Assembly: GCA_963805855.1 (NCBI GenBank)
Contig: CAWDVW010000007.1
Coordinates: 288,001 to 352,000, forward strand
Source of the DNA: Candidatus Dadabacteria bacterium
GTDB taxonomy: Bacteria > Desulfobacterota_D > UBA1144 > Nemesobacterales > CSP1-2
Direction: 5' to 3'
Length of the DNA: 64,000 nt
The notes below the pieces were generated by a model. It searched no databases and was not told the DNA's origin. It worked only from the letters and a program-made list of their open reading frames with translations. Every line of letters begins with the position of its first letter. Position 1 is the first letter of the stretch. Of this stretch, positions 55,233 through 64,000 are shown in pieces. A program made the translations under genes and the position numbers.

Positions 55233-57842
55233 TTGAGCGATAAACTGAAAGGGCATGGATTCTTACATAGAATCTTAATAAAATATCTCTTCGTTGTATC
55301 CATAATTTTTTTATACAATGCTATATGTGTAAGTGCTGCAGAGGATTTACTGATACCTCAGGGATCAATTTGGAAATATCTGGATGATGGATCAAACCAG
55401 GGAACTTTATGGAATGATCCCAATTTCAATGATTCGGCCTGGTCTTCTGGACCCGCACAGCTAGGTTATGGAGACGGTGATGAAGCAACAGTTGTAAGTT
55501 TCGGTCCCAGTTCCACCAACAAAATTACAACTACCTATTTCCGTCATAGCTTTCAGGTCACAAATGCTAATGCATACAACAGCCTAAATTTGCGTGTTTT
55601 GCGGGATGACGGAGCAGTCGTCTATCTGAATGGAAACGAGGTGTTTCGAACCAATATGCCCGGTGGAACAATTTTTTCAACAACATTTGCGTCGTCTGCA
55701 ATAGGTGGAGCGGAGGAGTCAACATTCTTTGAAGCTTCGATAGATCCTGCATTATTAGTTGATGGCGATAATGTGCTGGCGGTAGAAGTTCATCAGGCTA
55801 ACCTCACTAGCTCAGATATTAGTGTCGACTTGGAGCTTATTGCATCTGACAGTTCGGTTCTTCTCACGCGTGGACCCTACCTCCAGATGGGTACGCAAGA
55901 CGCTGTTACTTTGAGATGGCGGACTAATTCCCCGTCGACCAGTCAGGTACGTTACGGAACGAATCCTGCGAACCTGGAGTTTACAGAGGACAATACGAAC
56001 ACAGTCGCCGAACATGAGTTGCGTTTAAACAGCTTGACTCCGGATACGAAATACTACTATTCTGTGGGTACTACCGACGTAACGCTAGCCGGTGGCGATG
56101 CGGAGCACTTTTTTGTTACCGCGCCTCCCGCAGGATCATCCAAACCGACCCGCATATGGGTAATCGGTGACTCGGGAACAGCAAATTCAAATGCGCAAGC
56201 TGTGCGCAATGCATATGAGGCGTTTAGCCTAGGTCAGGACACGGACCTCTGGTTCATGCTGGGTGATAACGCTTATGATAATGGTACAGATCTAGAATAT
56301 CAGGCCGCTGTTTTTGATATGTATCCTGATATTCTCCGCAATACTGTTCTGTGGCCGACCCTGGGAAACCATGATGGGCACTCAGCAGATTCCCAAACCG
56401 AAAGCGGTCCCTACTATGATATATTTACGCTGCCAAGACAAGGAGAATCAGGCGGCGTTCCTTCGGGGACAGAAGCCTATTATTCCTTTGATTATGGCGA
56501 CATACACTTTATATGCTTGGATTCCTATGACAGCGATCGGTCACCGAATGGTGCAATGATGACATGGCTTCAGGATGACCTTTCGCAAACGAACGCTAAC
56601 TGGATAATAGCATATTGGCATCACCCTCCTTATTCCAAGGGGTCGCATGATTCTGATACTGAATCACAATTAATAGATATGAGGCAAAATGCATTGCCCA
56701 TCCTAGAGGATTTCGGGGTGGATTTGGTGCTGTCAGGACACAGCCACGTCTATGAGAGGAGTTACCTGATTGACAGTCACTACGGAACTTCAGACACCCT
56801 TCAGCCATTCATGGTTCTAGACTCAGGAGATGGTAATGTTAACGGAGATGGGGAATACGTGAAGCCGACACTCGGCCCTTCATCACATGAGGGTTCGGTT
56901 TATGTTGTCGCCGGCAGCTCAGGTAAAACAAGCAGCCTGCAGCCGGATGCTCCACATCCTGTGATGTTTGCAACGCTTCCAGAGTTGGGCTCGCTTGTAG
57001 TGGATATAAATGGGAACAATTTAGAGGCCAGATTCTTAGACAGTGATGGTAACTTCTTAGATGATTTTACGGTTGTAAAGGGATCGACAGGACCGACATG
57101 TGGAAATGGCATAAAAGAGTCAGGGGAAGAGTGCGATGATTTAGATTTTGGTACGGCTTCTTGTAGCGACTACGGATGTGCAAATGGAACCTTGACTTGT
57201 AACTTATTGTGCATGATTGATAGCTCATCTTGCCCAAGCTGTCCCATATGTGATAACGACGGGTTATGTGAGGAGGGCGAAGACTGTAACTCATGCGCTA
57301 ACGATTGCATATCGGGGGCGGGGGCAGTATGTGGTAATGGGATTTGTGAGGCAGGAGATGGTGAAGATTGTTTGTCCTGTCCGCAGGATTGCAGGGGGAA
57401 ACAATCTGGTAAGCCCTCAGGTCGATACTGCTGTGGCGATGGTGATGGACAGAATCCCCTATTCTGTGCCGATTCCATATGTACATCTAGCGGTTTTTCA
57501 TGCACTGATGTCCCCGCATCGCCTTTTTGCTGCGGAAACCTTCAGTGCGAAGGAATAGAAGACGGTTTCAATTGCGAGGTAGATTGTGGTCCCCCACCTG
57601 TTTGTGGCGATGGCAATTGTGATCCAGGTGAGACCTCTTGCTCGTGCGAAGCTGATTGTGGTGTCCCGCCTCCCAACGAGGGAAACTGTACGGACGGGAT
57701 TGATAACGACTGCGATTCGTTTGTTGATTGTGCTGACGGAGAATGTGCAGGAATCCCCGAATGCTGCCTTCCCAAAGGTGACTCATGCACTTCGAACTTT
57801 GATTGTTGCTCTAACAAGTGTAGGGGAGGGAAATGTAGGTAG
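55233..57842 (+). CDS. secreted purple-acid-phosphatase-like metallophosphoesterase with N-terminal beta domain, FN3-like domain and Cys-rich tail
   Basis: RGPYLQ, GDSG, GDNAY, GNHD, HHPPYS, GHSH.YER; tail of CGNG/CGDG..C..GE.C repeats. Confidence 0.85.
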   Translation: MSDKLKGHGFLHRILIKYLFVVSIIFLYNAICVSAAEDLLIPQGSIWKYLDDGSNQGTLWNDPNFNDSAWSSGPAQLGYGDGDEATVVSFGPSSTNKITTTYFRHSFQVTNANAYNSLNLRVLRDDGAVVYLNGNEVFRTNMPGGTIFSTTFASSAIGGAEESTFFEASIDPALLVDGDNVLAVEVHQANLTSSDISVDLELIASDSSVLLTRGPYLQMGTQDAVTLRWRTNSPSTSQVRYGTNPANLEFTEDNTNTVAEHELRLNSLTPDTKYYYSVGTTDVTLAGGDAEHFFVTAPPAGSSKPTRIWVIGDSGTANSNAQAVRNAYEAFSLGQDTDLWFMLGDNAYDNGTDLEYQAAVFDMYPDILRNTVLWPTLGNHDGHSADSQTESGPYYDIFTLPRQGESGGVPSGTEAYYSFDYGDIHFICLDSYDSDRSPNGAMMTWLQDDLSQTNANWIIAYWHHPPYSKGSHDSDTESQLIDMRQNALPILEDFGVDLVLSGHSHVYERSYLIDSHYGTSDTLQPFMVLDSGDGNVNGDGEYVKPTLGPSSHEGSVYVVAGSSGKTSSLQPDAPHPVMFATLPELGSLVVDINGNNLEARFLDSDGNFLDDFTVVKGSTGPTCGNGIKESGEECDDLDFGTASCSDYGCANGTLTCNLLCMIDSSSCPSCPICDNDGLCEEGEDCNSCANDCISGAGAVCGNGICEAGDGEDCLSCPQDCRGKQSGKPSGRYCCGDGDGQNPLFCADSICTSSGFSCTDVPASPFCCGNLQCEGIEDGFNCEVDCGPPPVCGDGNCDPGETSCSCEADCGVPPPNEGNCTDGIDNDCDSFVDCADGECAGIPECCLPKGDSCTSNFDCCSNKCRGGKCR

Positions 57843-58098
57843 TCTCTTAAAGGTGTTTTCAGTCGAGGTCTTAAGATTGCGTTTCCTGTAGATCGTCCCG
57901 GCCTTATTGAGTTTTTGATATAAAGACGATCCAGAGCCCTTCAGAATATCTTGCTGATCTCATCTGTCGCGAAAATTAGGACGAAATTTAAGCTTTAAAT
58001 CTACTTAACAACCTTGCTCTTCTCATAGAATCTAAGGGAATTGTTATATTTCTGATTTGGAAAGGAAATTAAACTCTGGTAGCTTTTTGCGATTTTAC

Positions 58099-59172
58099 AT
58101 GGAAAAGAAGAGAATACTTGTAGCTATGAGTGGAGGAGTTGACAGCGCGACTACTGCCGCCCTCTTAAAAGAGGAAGGACACGAGGTCGTTGGTGTAACC
58201 ATGCAGCTTTGGGACTACGGGGATGCCGACGGTGGTTGTTGTTCTGCGGACGATGTTACCGACGCGAGGAGGGTAGCCGATCAAATCGGTATCCCTCACT
58301 ATGTTGTTAACTACATGGAATTGTTTAAGAAATATATTGTTAGCGATTTCGTGAGCAAATATGAATCTGGGCAGACCCCGATTCCCTGTGTTCTCTGTAA
58401 TCAATTCATGAAGTTTAATTTTCTCTTAACGAGGGCATTGGAGCTGGGTGCAGATTACCTTGCAACAGGCCATTACGCTAGGATTGAAAGGGGGGAGAAA
58501 AATGGGACTTTTTATCTGGGAAAGGCTTTGGATGATGACAAAGACCAGTCGTATTTCCTTTTTACTCTGTCACAAAAGGAACTGAGGCACCTAATCTTTC
58601 CCTTGGGTTCCAAGAGAAAAGCTGAGGTTCGAGAAATAGCTAGGCGGATGAACCTCAATGTGGCCAGTAAACCCGAAAGTATGGGTGTATGTTTTATCAC
58701 CGGTGAAAAGTACAGGGATTTCCTTGATGATTATTTGAAAAGGGGTAAACAAAGGGGTCTGATCGTGGATGGAGATGGAAATAAACTTGGGGAGCACAAT
58801 GGGATTGCCTCATATACCGTTGGCCAGAGGCGGGGCCTCGGAATAGCAAAGGGCAAACCTATGTATGTTATAAGGATCGAACCGGAGGAAAACAGAGTAT
58901 ACGTTGGAGAGTCAAAAGATTTATTGAGGTCGGCCCTAGTTGCTGATAATGTCACGTGGGTGGGTGGGGTTCCAAGCGGTGAAGTTGATGTGAAGGCTAA
59001 AATACGTTACAGGCATCCAGCGAATGAATGCATTTTAAAGACTGAATCAGGTGATAGTGCATTTGTCCAATTTAGAGAGCCGCAGCGTGCCATTACGCCT
59101 GGACAGGCGGTCGTTTTTTATAAGGAGGACAGGGTGTTGGGTGGCGGATGGATTAAAGAGGTCATCCGGTAA
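58099..59172 (+). CDS. mnmA: tRNA 2-thiouridine synthase MnmA
   Basis: AMSGGVDS, TP.PCV.CN, ATGHYA, KDQSYFL, T.GQRRG, TPGQ. Confidence 0.96.
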   Translation: MEKKRILVAMSGGVDSATTAALLKEEGHEVVGVTMQLWDYGDADGGCCSADDVTDARRVADQIGIPHYVVNYMELFKKYIVSDFVSKYESGQTPIPCVLCNQFMKFNFLLTRALELGADYLATGHYARIERGEKNGTFYLGKALDDDKDQSYFLFTLSQKELRHLIFPLGSKRKAEVREIARRMNLNVASKPESMGVCFITGEKYRDFLDDYLKRGKQRGLIVDGDGNKLGEHNGIASYTVGQRRGLGIAKGKPMYVIRIEPEENRVYVGESKDLLRSALVADNVTWVGGVPSGEVDVKAKIRYRHPANECILKTESGDSAFVQFREPQRAITPGQAVVFYKEDRVLGGGWIKEVIR

Positions 59173-60464
59173 TGAAGAAAATTTCGGTGGTAACCCTAGG
59201 TTGTAAGGTTAATCAGTATGACACTGCAGCTATCCTGAATCGACTACCGGAGAGCAGGTATAAGAGGGTTCCGTTCTCTGAAGGCGCGGACGTATATGTA
59301 ATCGATACATGTACTGTAACACACAAGGCCGACTCGGAGGCAAGGAATTACATTTATCGTGCCAGGAGGGCAAATCCCGATGGTATCGTAGTTGTAACAG
59401 GTTGTTATTCACAGGTATCGTCGGACGAGCTTAGGAATATTAATGGAGTCGATTATATTGTAGGCAACTCACATAAGTTTTCTTCTCTCCTTAAGGTTAT
59501 CCGGCATGGCAAGAAGCAATCCGAACCCTATGTCTTCGTGTCGGATTTTCTGAAAGAGAAACATAGACAATTTGAATCTCCCGACATAAGGTATTTCCCG
59601 GACCGAACGAGGGCTTTTCTGAAAATTCAGGATGGTTGCAATTACAGGTGTTCTTTCTGTGTTATACCGTTTGCACGGGGCAGATCCAGAAGCCTGGGCG
59701 TTGCTGACGTATTGGAACGGATGAAGAAGCTTGCCAATGAGGGTTACAAGGAAATTGTGCTTACCGGTATCCATCTTGCCAGTTATGGAAGGGATATCGA
59801 ATCGAATCTCCTGGAATTGCTGCGAGAAATCGAGAGGTCTAAGGTCTTGAAATGGGTAAGGCTCAGCTCGCTTGACCCCGCGGATATCTCTCGTGAGCTG
59901 ATCGAGTTCGTTGCATCTTCAGAGACGATATGCCCGAGTTTTCATGTGGCACTTCAGAGCGGGGATCGCGAGGAATTGAGAAGAATGAGACGGAGATACA
60001 GCCCTGACAAATTCAAATATGTCACTGATCTTATACGTGAGAAGCTTCCTGATGCAGCAATCGGTACAGATGTTATGGTGGGTTTCCCTGGTGAAACCGA
60101 CCGTGAATTCGGAAATACCTTCGATTTATTGCGCGAATCACCATTAACCTATTTTCATGTCTTCCCTTATTCGGACAGAAAGGGAACGGCAGCCTGCAAG
60201 ATGTCAAACAAGGTGCCTGTAGAGTTAAAAAAGATGAGGAGCCGGACTCTACGGGATCTGGGTACAAAGAAGAAGCATAAATTCTACCGAGGTTTTATCG
60301 GTAGAAGGATGCCTGTGATAGTGGAGAAGGGAGCCCGAGGGACTTCACGAAATTACATGAGTGTTGTGATTCCGAATGTGAATTTGAAAATTGGTCATGA
60401 GGTTGAAGTTGAGATTAAGGATGTAAATGGCGGGCACGCCATAGGTTTACTGCGATCACATTAG
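59172..60464 (+). CDS. mtaB: tRNA t6A37 methylthiotransferase MtaB
   Basis: TLGCKVNQY, KIQDGCNYRCSFC radical SAM motif, HVFPYS.R.GT.A. Confidence 0.92.
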   Translation: MKKISVVTLGCKVNQYDTAAILNRLPESRYKRVPFSEGADVYVIDTCTVTHKADSEARNYIYRARRANPDGIVVVTGCYSQVSSDELRNINGVDYIVGNSHKFSSLLKVIRHGKKQSEPYVFVSDFLKEKHRQFESPDIRYFPDRTRAFLKIQDGCNYRCSFCVIPFARGRSRSLGVADVLERMKKLANEGYKEIVLTGIHLASYGRDIESNLLELLREIERSKVLKWVRLSSLDPADISRELIEFVASSETICPSFHVALQSGDREELRRMRRRYSPDKFKYVTDLIREKLPDAAIGTDVMVGFPGETDREFGNTFDLLRESPLTYFHVFPYSDRKGTAACKMSNKVPVELKKMRSRTLRDLGTKKKHKFYRGFIGRRMPVIVEKGARGTSRNYMSVVIPNVNLKIGHEVEVEIKDVNGGHAIGLLRSH

Positions 60465-60499
60465 TCCAAGCCGTATTTTTTTAACAACCAATCCTTTAA

Positions 60500-61414
60500 A
60501 TGAAAGCAATCCTAAAATATATATTTTATTTTATAATAATTCTTCAATTTCCTACCGGATGTTATGCCGGGAATACATCCGGCCTGATAACCAGGGATGA
60601 AATCTGGAATGATCCCCAGAGAACTATTAAGATCTGGGTACTCTCTGATATTCAACCTAGGAACAACGAAGATAGAGATGCATTCAAGGATGCTATCACA
60701 GACGTCAACAATAACATCCCTGGTATAGAAATGGCTATAGTCGCCGGTGATATTGCCAATAGAGCTAAACCTGAAACGTATGATTGGTACCTGTCAACCA
60801 GGGAGCTTTCATACATAAAAGACTGGAATGAGATTGCTGGTAACCATGATTTGAAGACAGATTTGGGAAAACTCTTTCGAGAAGAAATTAATCAAAACTT
60901 TAACTATTCTTTAACGAAGGGGAATATTCTGTTTATATTCATGTCTGACGAGGAAAGGGGAAAACCGACCGAAATATCCGATGAAACGTTTAATTGGTGG
61001 AAGGACTTAGTTATCAACAATCAGGATAAGATCATTGTGGTGGTAACTCATGCCCCTCTCGACGGAAGTGGAATTCCCTTTTCCAGATTTAGGGATAGAC
61101 AAATAATTGATTCAGGAAGGTTTACTGACGTGCTAAAAAAATATAAGGTGGACCTCTGGCTGTCCGGCCATCTCCATTTACCTCATTATCTCGCAAATGT
61201 AGTGCAAAAAGAAGAGTACAATGGAACAATGTTTGTTAGCATATCGTCGATCAGGCCCGAGTTCTTAGATATTAAGCATTCCGAGTCGAGAGTGATTACT
61301 TTTTTGTGCGGTTGGGATTATGCACTTATTCAGGCTAGAGACCACGACAAGAGACAATTTGACGAAAATTTGAGTTCTGTGTATCAACTGTCGAAGAAGT
61401 ACAGATGTGAATAA
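60500..61414 (+). CDS. exported metallophosphoesterase
   Basis: SDIQ, AGD, GNHD, THAP, SGHLH motifs; N-terminal signal. Confidence 0.8.
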   Translation: MKAILKYIFYFIIILQFPTGCYAGNTSGLITRDEIWNDPQRTIKIWVLSDIQPRNNEDRDAFKDAITDVNNNIPGIEMAIVAGDIANRAKPETYDWYLSTRELSYIKDWNEIAGNHDLKTDLGKLFREEINQNFNYSLTKGNILFIFMSDEERGKPTEISDETFNWWKDLVINNQDKIIVVVTHAPLDGSGIPFSRFRDRQIIDSGRFTDVLKKYKVDLWLSGHLHLPHYLANVVQKEEYNGTMFVSISSIRPEFLDIKHSESRVITFLCGWDYALIQARDHDKRQFDENLSSVYQLSKKYRCE

Positions 61415-61428
61415 TAGCCCATAGGACC

Positions 61429-63033
61429 TTAAATAAGCCTTCTTTTTCGTTTCAAGTAATCAACGAGGAGGAACTTCCCCAACCGGGTAGGCGTCGTGAA
61501 AAATGCCCTTCCCCTGTTTATCCGAGTCATATCCTCTACAAATCTTCTTAGAGAGGAGCTATCGTCAAGCATGAATGTATTAATCGTGATTCCCTGCCTG
61601 CTTAAGTTTTTAACCTCTTTCAGTGTTTCAAACGTTGCTCTTGGGCTCAGCCCTCCAAAAAACATAGGTAGCTCAACTTGCAGGTACCCGTCCAAGAAGT
61701 ATGCCGTTGGCTGGCCATCGGTAATGAGGATTATTTGCCTGTTTGGTGTTCTATGTTTTCTTATAAGCCTAGAAGCCAGTTTTAAGGCTTCCTGTATATT
61801 CGTAAAAGGGTCATTTGAATCCCATGTTGTTTTTACAAGCTGGTCAGTGGAGAGGACCCTGGCTCTTGTTGAAAAGCCGACAATATAGAAATTATCCCTT
61901 GGGTATCGTGTCCTTATGAGATTATCGAGTGCCAGCGCCACACGTTTTGCGGCCGGAAACCTTCCCTGAAAGCTCATTGACCAGCTCAGGTCCAAAAGAA
62001 CCGCAGTCGTTGATTGTGTGTGATACTCCATGTCGTAGACCTTAAAATCTTCTGGCTCCACTTTTATGGTATTTCCACTCACTCGGCGAAGGAGAGATTT
62101 TTTAAGTGTGCCGACGACATTCAGGTTAAAGGGGTCGCCAAACTCATACTCCTTTGAGTTTTCGGGCTTCACCGCACCAAAACCTTGTTCTGTGGTCTCA
62201 TGACCACCAAATTGATGTTTGTTCATCGATGAGAAGATATCCCTCAGCGCTCTTTCCCCTATTTTTCTGATCCCTTTTGGAGTTAGCTCTATTGTTTTTA
62301 CAGATTTTTTTATCAAACCTGAATTTTCCAAATATGGCTTAAGGTCCTTAAGGAAAATAAAAGAATTGTATCCTTGCTCGCTTAATATTCTCCTTAGGTC
62401 CTCAAGATTTATCTTGTCAAAAGAACCCGATATGAGGTTGTGTTCAATTGTTTCAATTTCCTCAAATTTTCCTATTAGCTCTAGGGTCTCATCAAAGCCA
62501 ATAGAGCGATCTCCACGAAATTTGTCACCATATCTATTGATGAAACTTTCCACTTGCATAATTTTATCCAATTTTTGCTTCAGCTCTTCGAAGCTGCTCT
62601 TCGCGTCGGGGCTGAGAAAATCATAGTTTGAAAGAGCTCCGACCGCTAAACTAATTTGTTTTGGAAGATTCTCAAGGAAATTCTCCCTGTTTTTATGTTC
62701 GGAAGAGTTGTTAGATAGTTTCTTCCTTATTTCGCTTAACTCTGTATCTACGATTTTCAAAAGCTCCTCATGTATTTTTGATAGGGAATTTTGAAGATTG
62801 TAATTTTTGAATTGAGCCTCTCTGAATTTGGAGAATTCAGAGCGGAGATCATCAATTCCCATTACACGTATGTTTGATCCACGTATACCTTGTTTAAGCA
62901 TCCACTCAAAAGCTTCCTCGGGTGACCAACCCTCCATTAGAAAATTTGCAAATTCCTGCAAAAGATCCTGAGAGTGGAAATTAAACTCCTTTTTAAGACC
63001 GTCCCATTTCAAGTACCTGAAGGTCGTATTCAT
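61429..63033 (-). CDS. VWA domain protein
   Basis: MIDAS DLSWSM, ITDGQPT, ELTPKG.RKIG..AL. Confidence 0.85.
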   Translation of the reverse strand: MNTTFRYLKWDGLKKEFNFHSQDLLQEFANFLMEGWSPEEAFEWMLKQGIRGSNIRVMGIDDLRSEFSKFREAQFKNYNLQNSLSKIHEELLKIVDTELSEIRKKLSNNSSEHKNRENFLENLPKQISLAVGALSNYDFLSPDAKSSFEELKQKLDKIMQVESFINRYGDKFRGDRSIGFDETLELIGKFEEIETIEHNLISGSFDKINLEDLRRILSEQGYNSFIFLKDLKPYLENSGLIKKSVKTIELTPKGIRKIGERALRDIFSSMNKHQFGGHETTEQGFGAVKPENSKEYEFGDPFNLNVVGTLKKSLLRRVSGNTIKVEPEDFKVYDMEYHTQSTTAVLLDLSWSMSFQGRFPAAKRVALALDNLIRTRYPRDNFYIVGFSTRARVLSTDQLVKTTWDSNDPFTNIQEALKLASRLIRKHRTPNRQIILITDGQPTAYFLDGYLQVELPMFFGGLSPRATFETLKEVKNLSRQGITINTFMLDDSSSLRRFVEDMTRINRGRAFFTTPTRLGKFLLVDYLKRKRRLI

Positions 63034-64000
63034 CTATAGATAATTTTTCCCTGGACAATCTCTTTGTTTAGCTTATTGCTTAGATGAAGTCCCTCAAGGA
63101 TTAGCTCGATGGCTGAAGCTGTTTCTGCTGAGGAACCGTCGATTTCAAGCCTGTTGATGCATTTCTCCAAGCCCTTTATTTCTTTAAGTCCGACGAGATA
63201 TTCGTCTGAAGGCATTGTATTAGCTACTTCTACGTACCCGTGTTCAAAGCTTTCAAGTAATTCGGTAAATATGTTATGTGTGGGGAAGTAAGAATCGAAT
63301 ACGTTCTTAATCGCGCGTTTGATGAGATTATCTATTACATTGACCTCGGATGTATCCTCGCCCAAGTATTCCAATTCGATTTTTCCAGCGGTAGACGGAA
63401 TCAGCGCTGGTAAATCTGTAATTCGTGGTGCAACCTCTCTTTCTCCGATGTTAATTGCCCTTTTCTCTGCGTTTGCAATCATCGTTTCGTAATTGGCGAT
63501 TGTAGTTCTTACGCTTACACCCGAGCGTTGATTTATTTCGTGCGATGCCCGAGCTTGGAAAGTAATCTCAGCGATTATATTCTTTATAAACTTGGGAACC
63601 TTCACGCAATAACCATCCCGTGGCAATATTCGCGCTTCCTGCTTCATAATCTTAATTTCATCCTCAATGGTTGCTGGATAATGAGTTCTTATCTGTGCCT
63701 GAAAACGATCTTTAAGTGGCGTAATGATTCTTCCTCTATTCGTGTAATCCTCGGGATTAGCGGTGGCTACTATGCAGATATCAAGGGGAAGGCGTATTTT
63801 ATATCCTTTAATTTGAATGTCTTTCTCTTCCATTATATTGAAGAGGCCAACCTGAACTTTCTCGACGAGGTCTGGCAATTCGTTTATCGCGAATATTCCC
63901 CTATTACTTCTCGGAATGAGGCCGAAGTGGATTGTGAGTTCATCAGAGAGGTATCTTCCTTCTGCAACTTTTATTGGATCAACTTCTCCTATGAGATCCG
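63030..64000 (-). CDS. Mg-chelatase-like AAA+ ATPase (5' part beyond the window)
   Basis: Frame open to the window edge: DLIGEVDPIKVAEGRY...GIFAINELPDL...ANPEDYTNRGRIITPLKDR. Confidence 0.85.
   Translation of the reverse strand, partial: DLIGEVDPIKVAEGRYLSDELTIHFGLIPRSNRGIFAINELPDLVEKVQVGLFNIMEEKDIQIKGYKIRLPLDICIVATANPEDYTNRGRIITPLKDRFQAQIRTHYPATIEDEIKIMKQEARILPRDGYCVKVPKFIKNIIAEITFQARASHEINQRSGVSVRTTIANYETMIANAEKRAINIGEREVAPRITDLPALIPSTAGKIELEYLGEDTSEVNVIDNLIKRAIKNVFDSYFPTHNIFTELLESFEHGYVEVANTMPSDEYLVGLKEIKGLEKCINRLEIDGSSAETASAIELILEGLHLSNKLNKEIVQGKIIYR

Overview
Mostly core genome of a Gram-negative bacterium; gene content suggests a deltaproteobacteria-like lineage, possibly Ca. Dadabacteria (inference, not verified). 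(1) About 1-7.9 kb is the right end of a probable tRNA-Leu-integrated genomic island, closed by a 3'-half tRNA-Leu copy at 7901-7953. It carries small secreted/lipoprotein genes, a frameshifted AbiEii-type nucleotidyltransferase apparently fused to a WYL-like domain and a Zn finger, a REP-associated Y1 transposase bracketed by perfect 24-bp inverted repeats, a Cys/Asp-rich secreted protein, and NTF2-like and RT-like remnants. (2) 8-30 kb is housekeeping: gldC-like, DAO pseudogene, acyl-CoA ligase, manC, gmk-rel-lepB, pyrRBC, MFS, lysS-lolC/E-lolD-bamA-skp-fabZ. (3) 30-50 kb is tRNA-Thr/Tyr/Gly/Thr-tuf-rpmG-[inserted surface-protein gene]-tRNA-Trp-secE-nusG-rplKAJL-rpoBC-valS, with inverted heptamer-repeat hairpins in several spacers and a strongly C-depleted tuf. 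(4) 50-64 kb is purF-purL, TPR plus Cys-rich phosphatase, mnmA-mtaB, a metallophosphoesterase and a VWA/AAA pair. Single-base indels cluster in accessory genes and may be real decay or assembly error. The best candidate for a novel system is the antitoxin-less AbiEii-WYL-Zn finger gene, set in a cassette-like segment marked by YGWCCC(C) motifs that match the neighbouring transposase ends. All family assignments come from motif recognition by eye; no searches were run.
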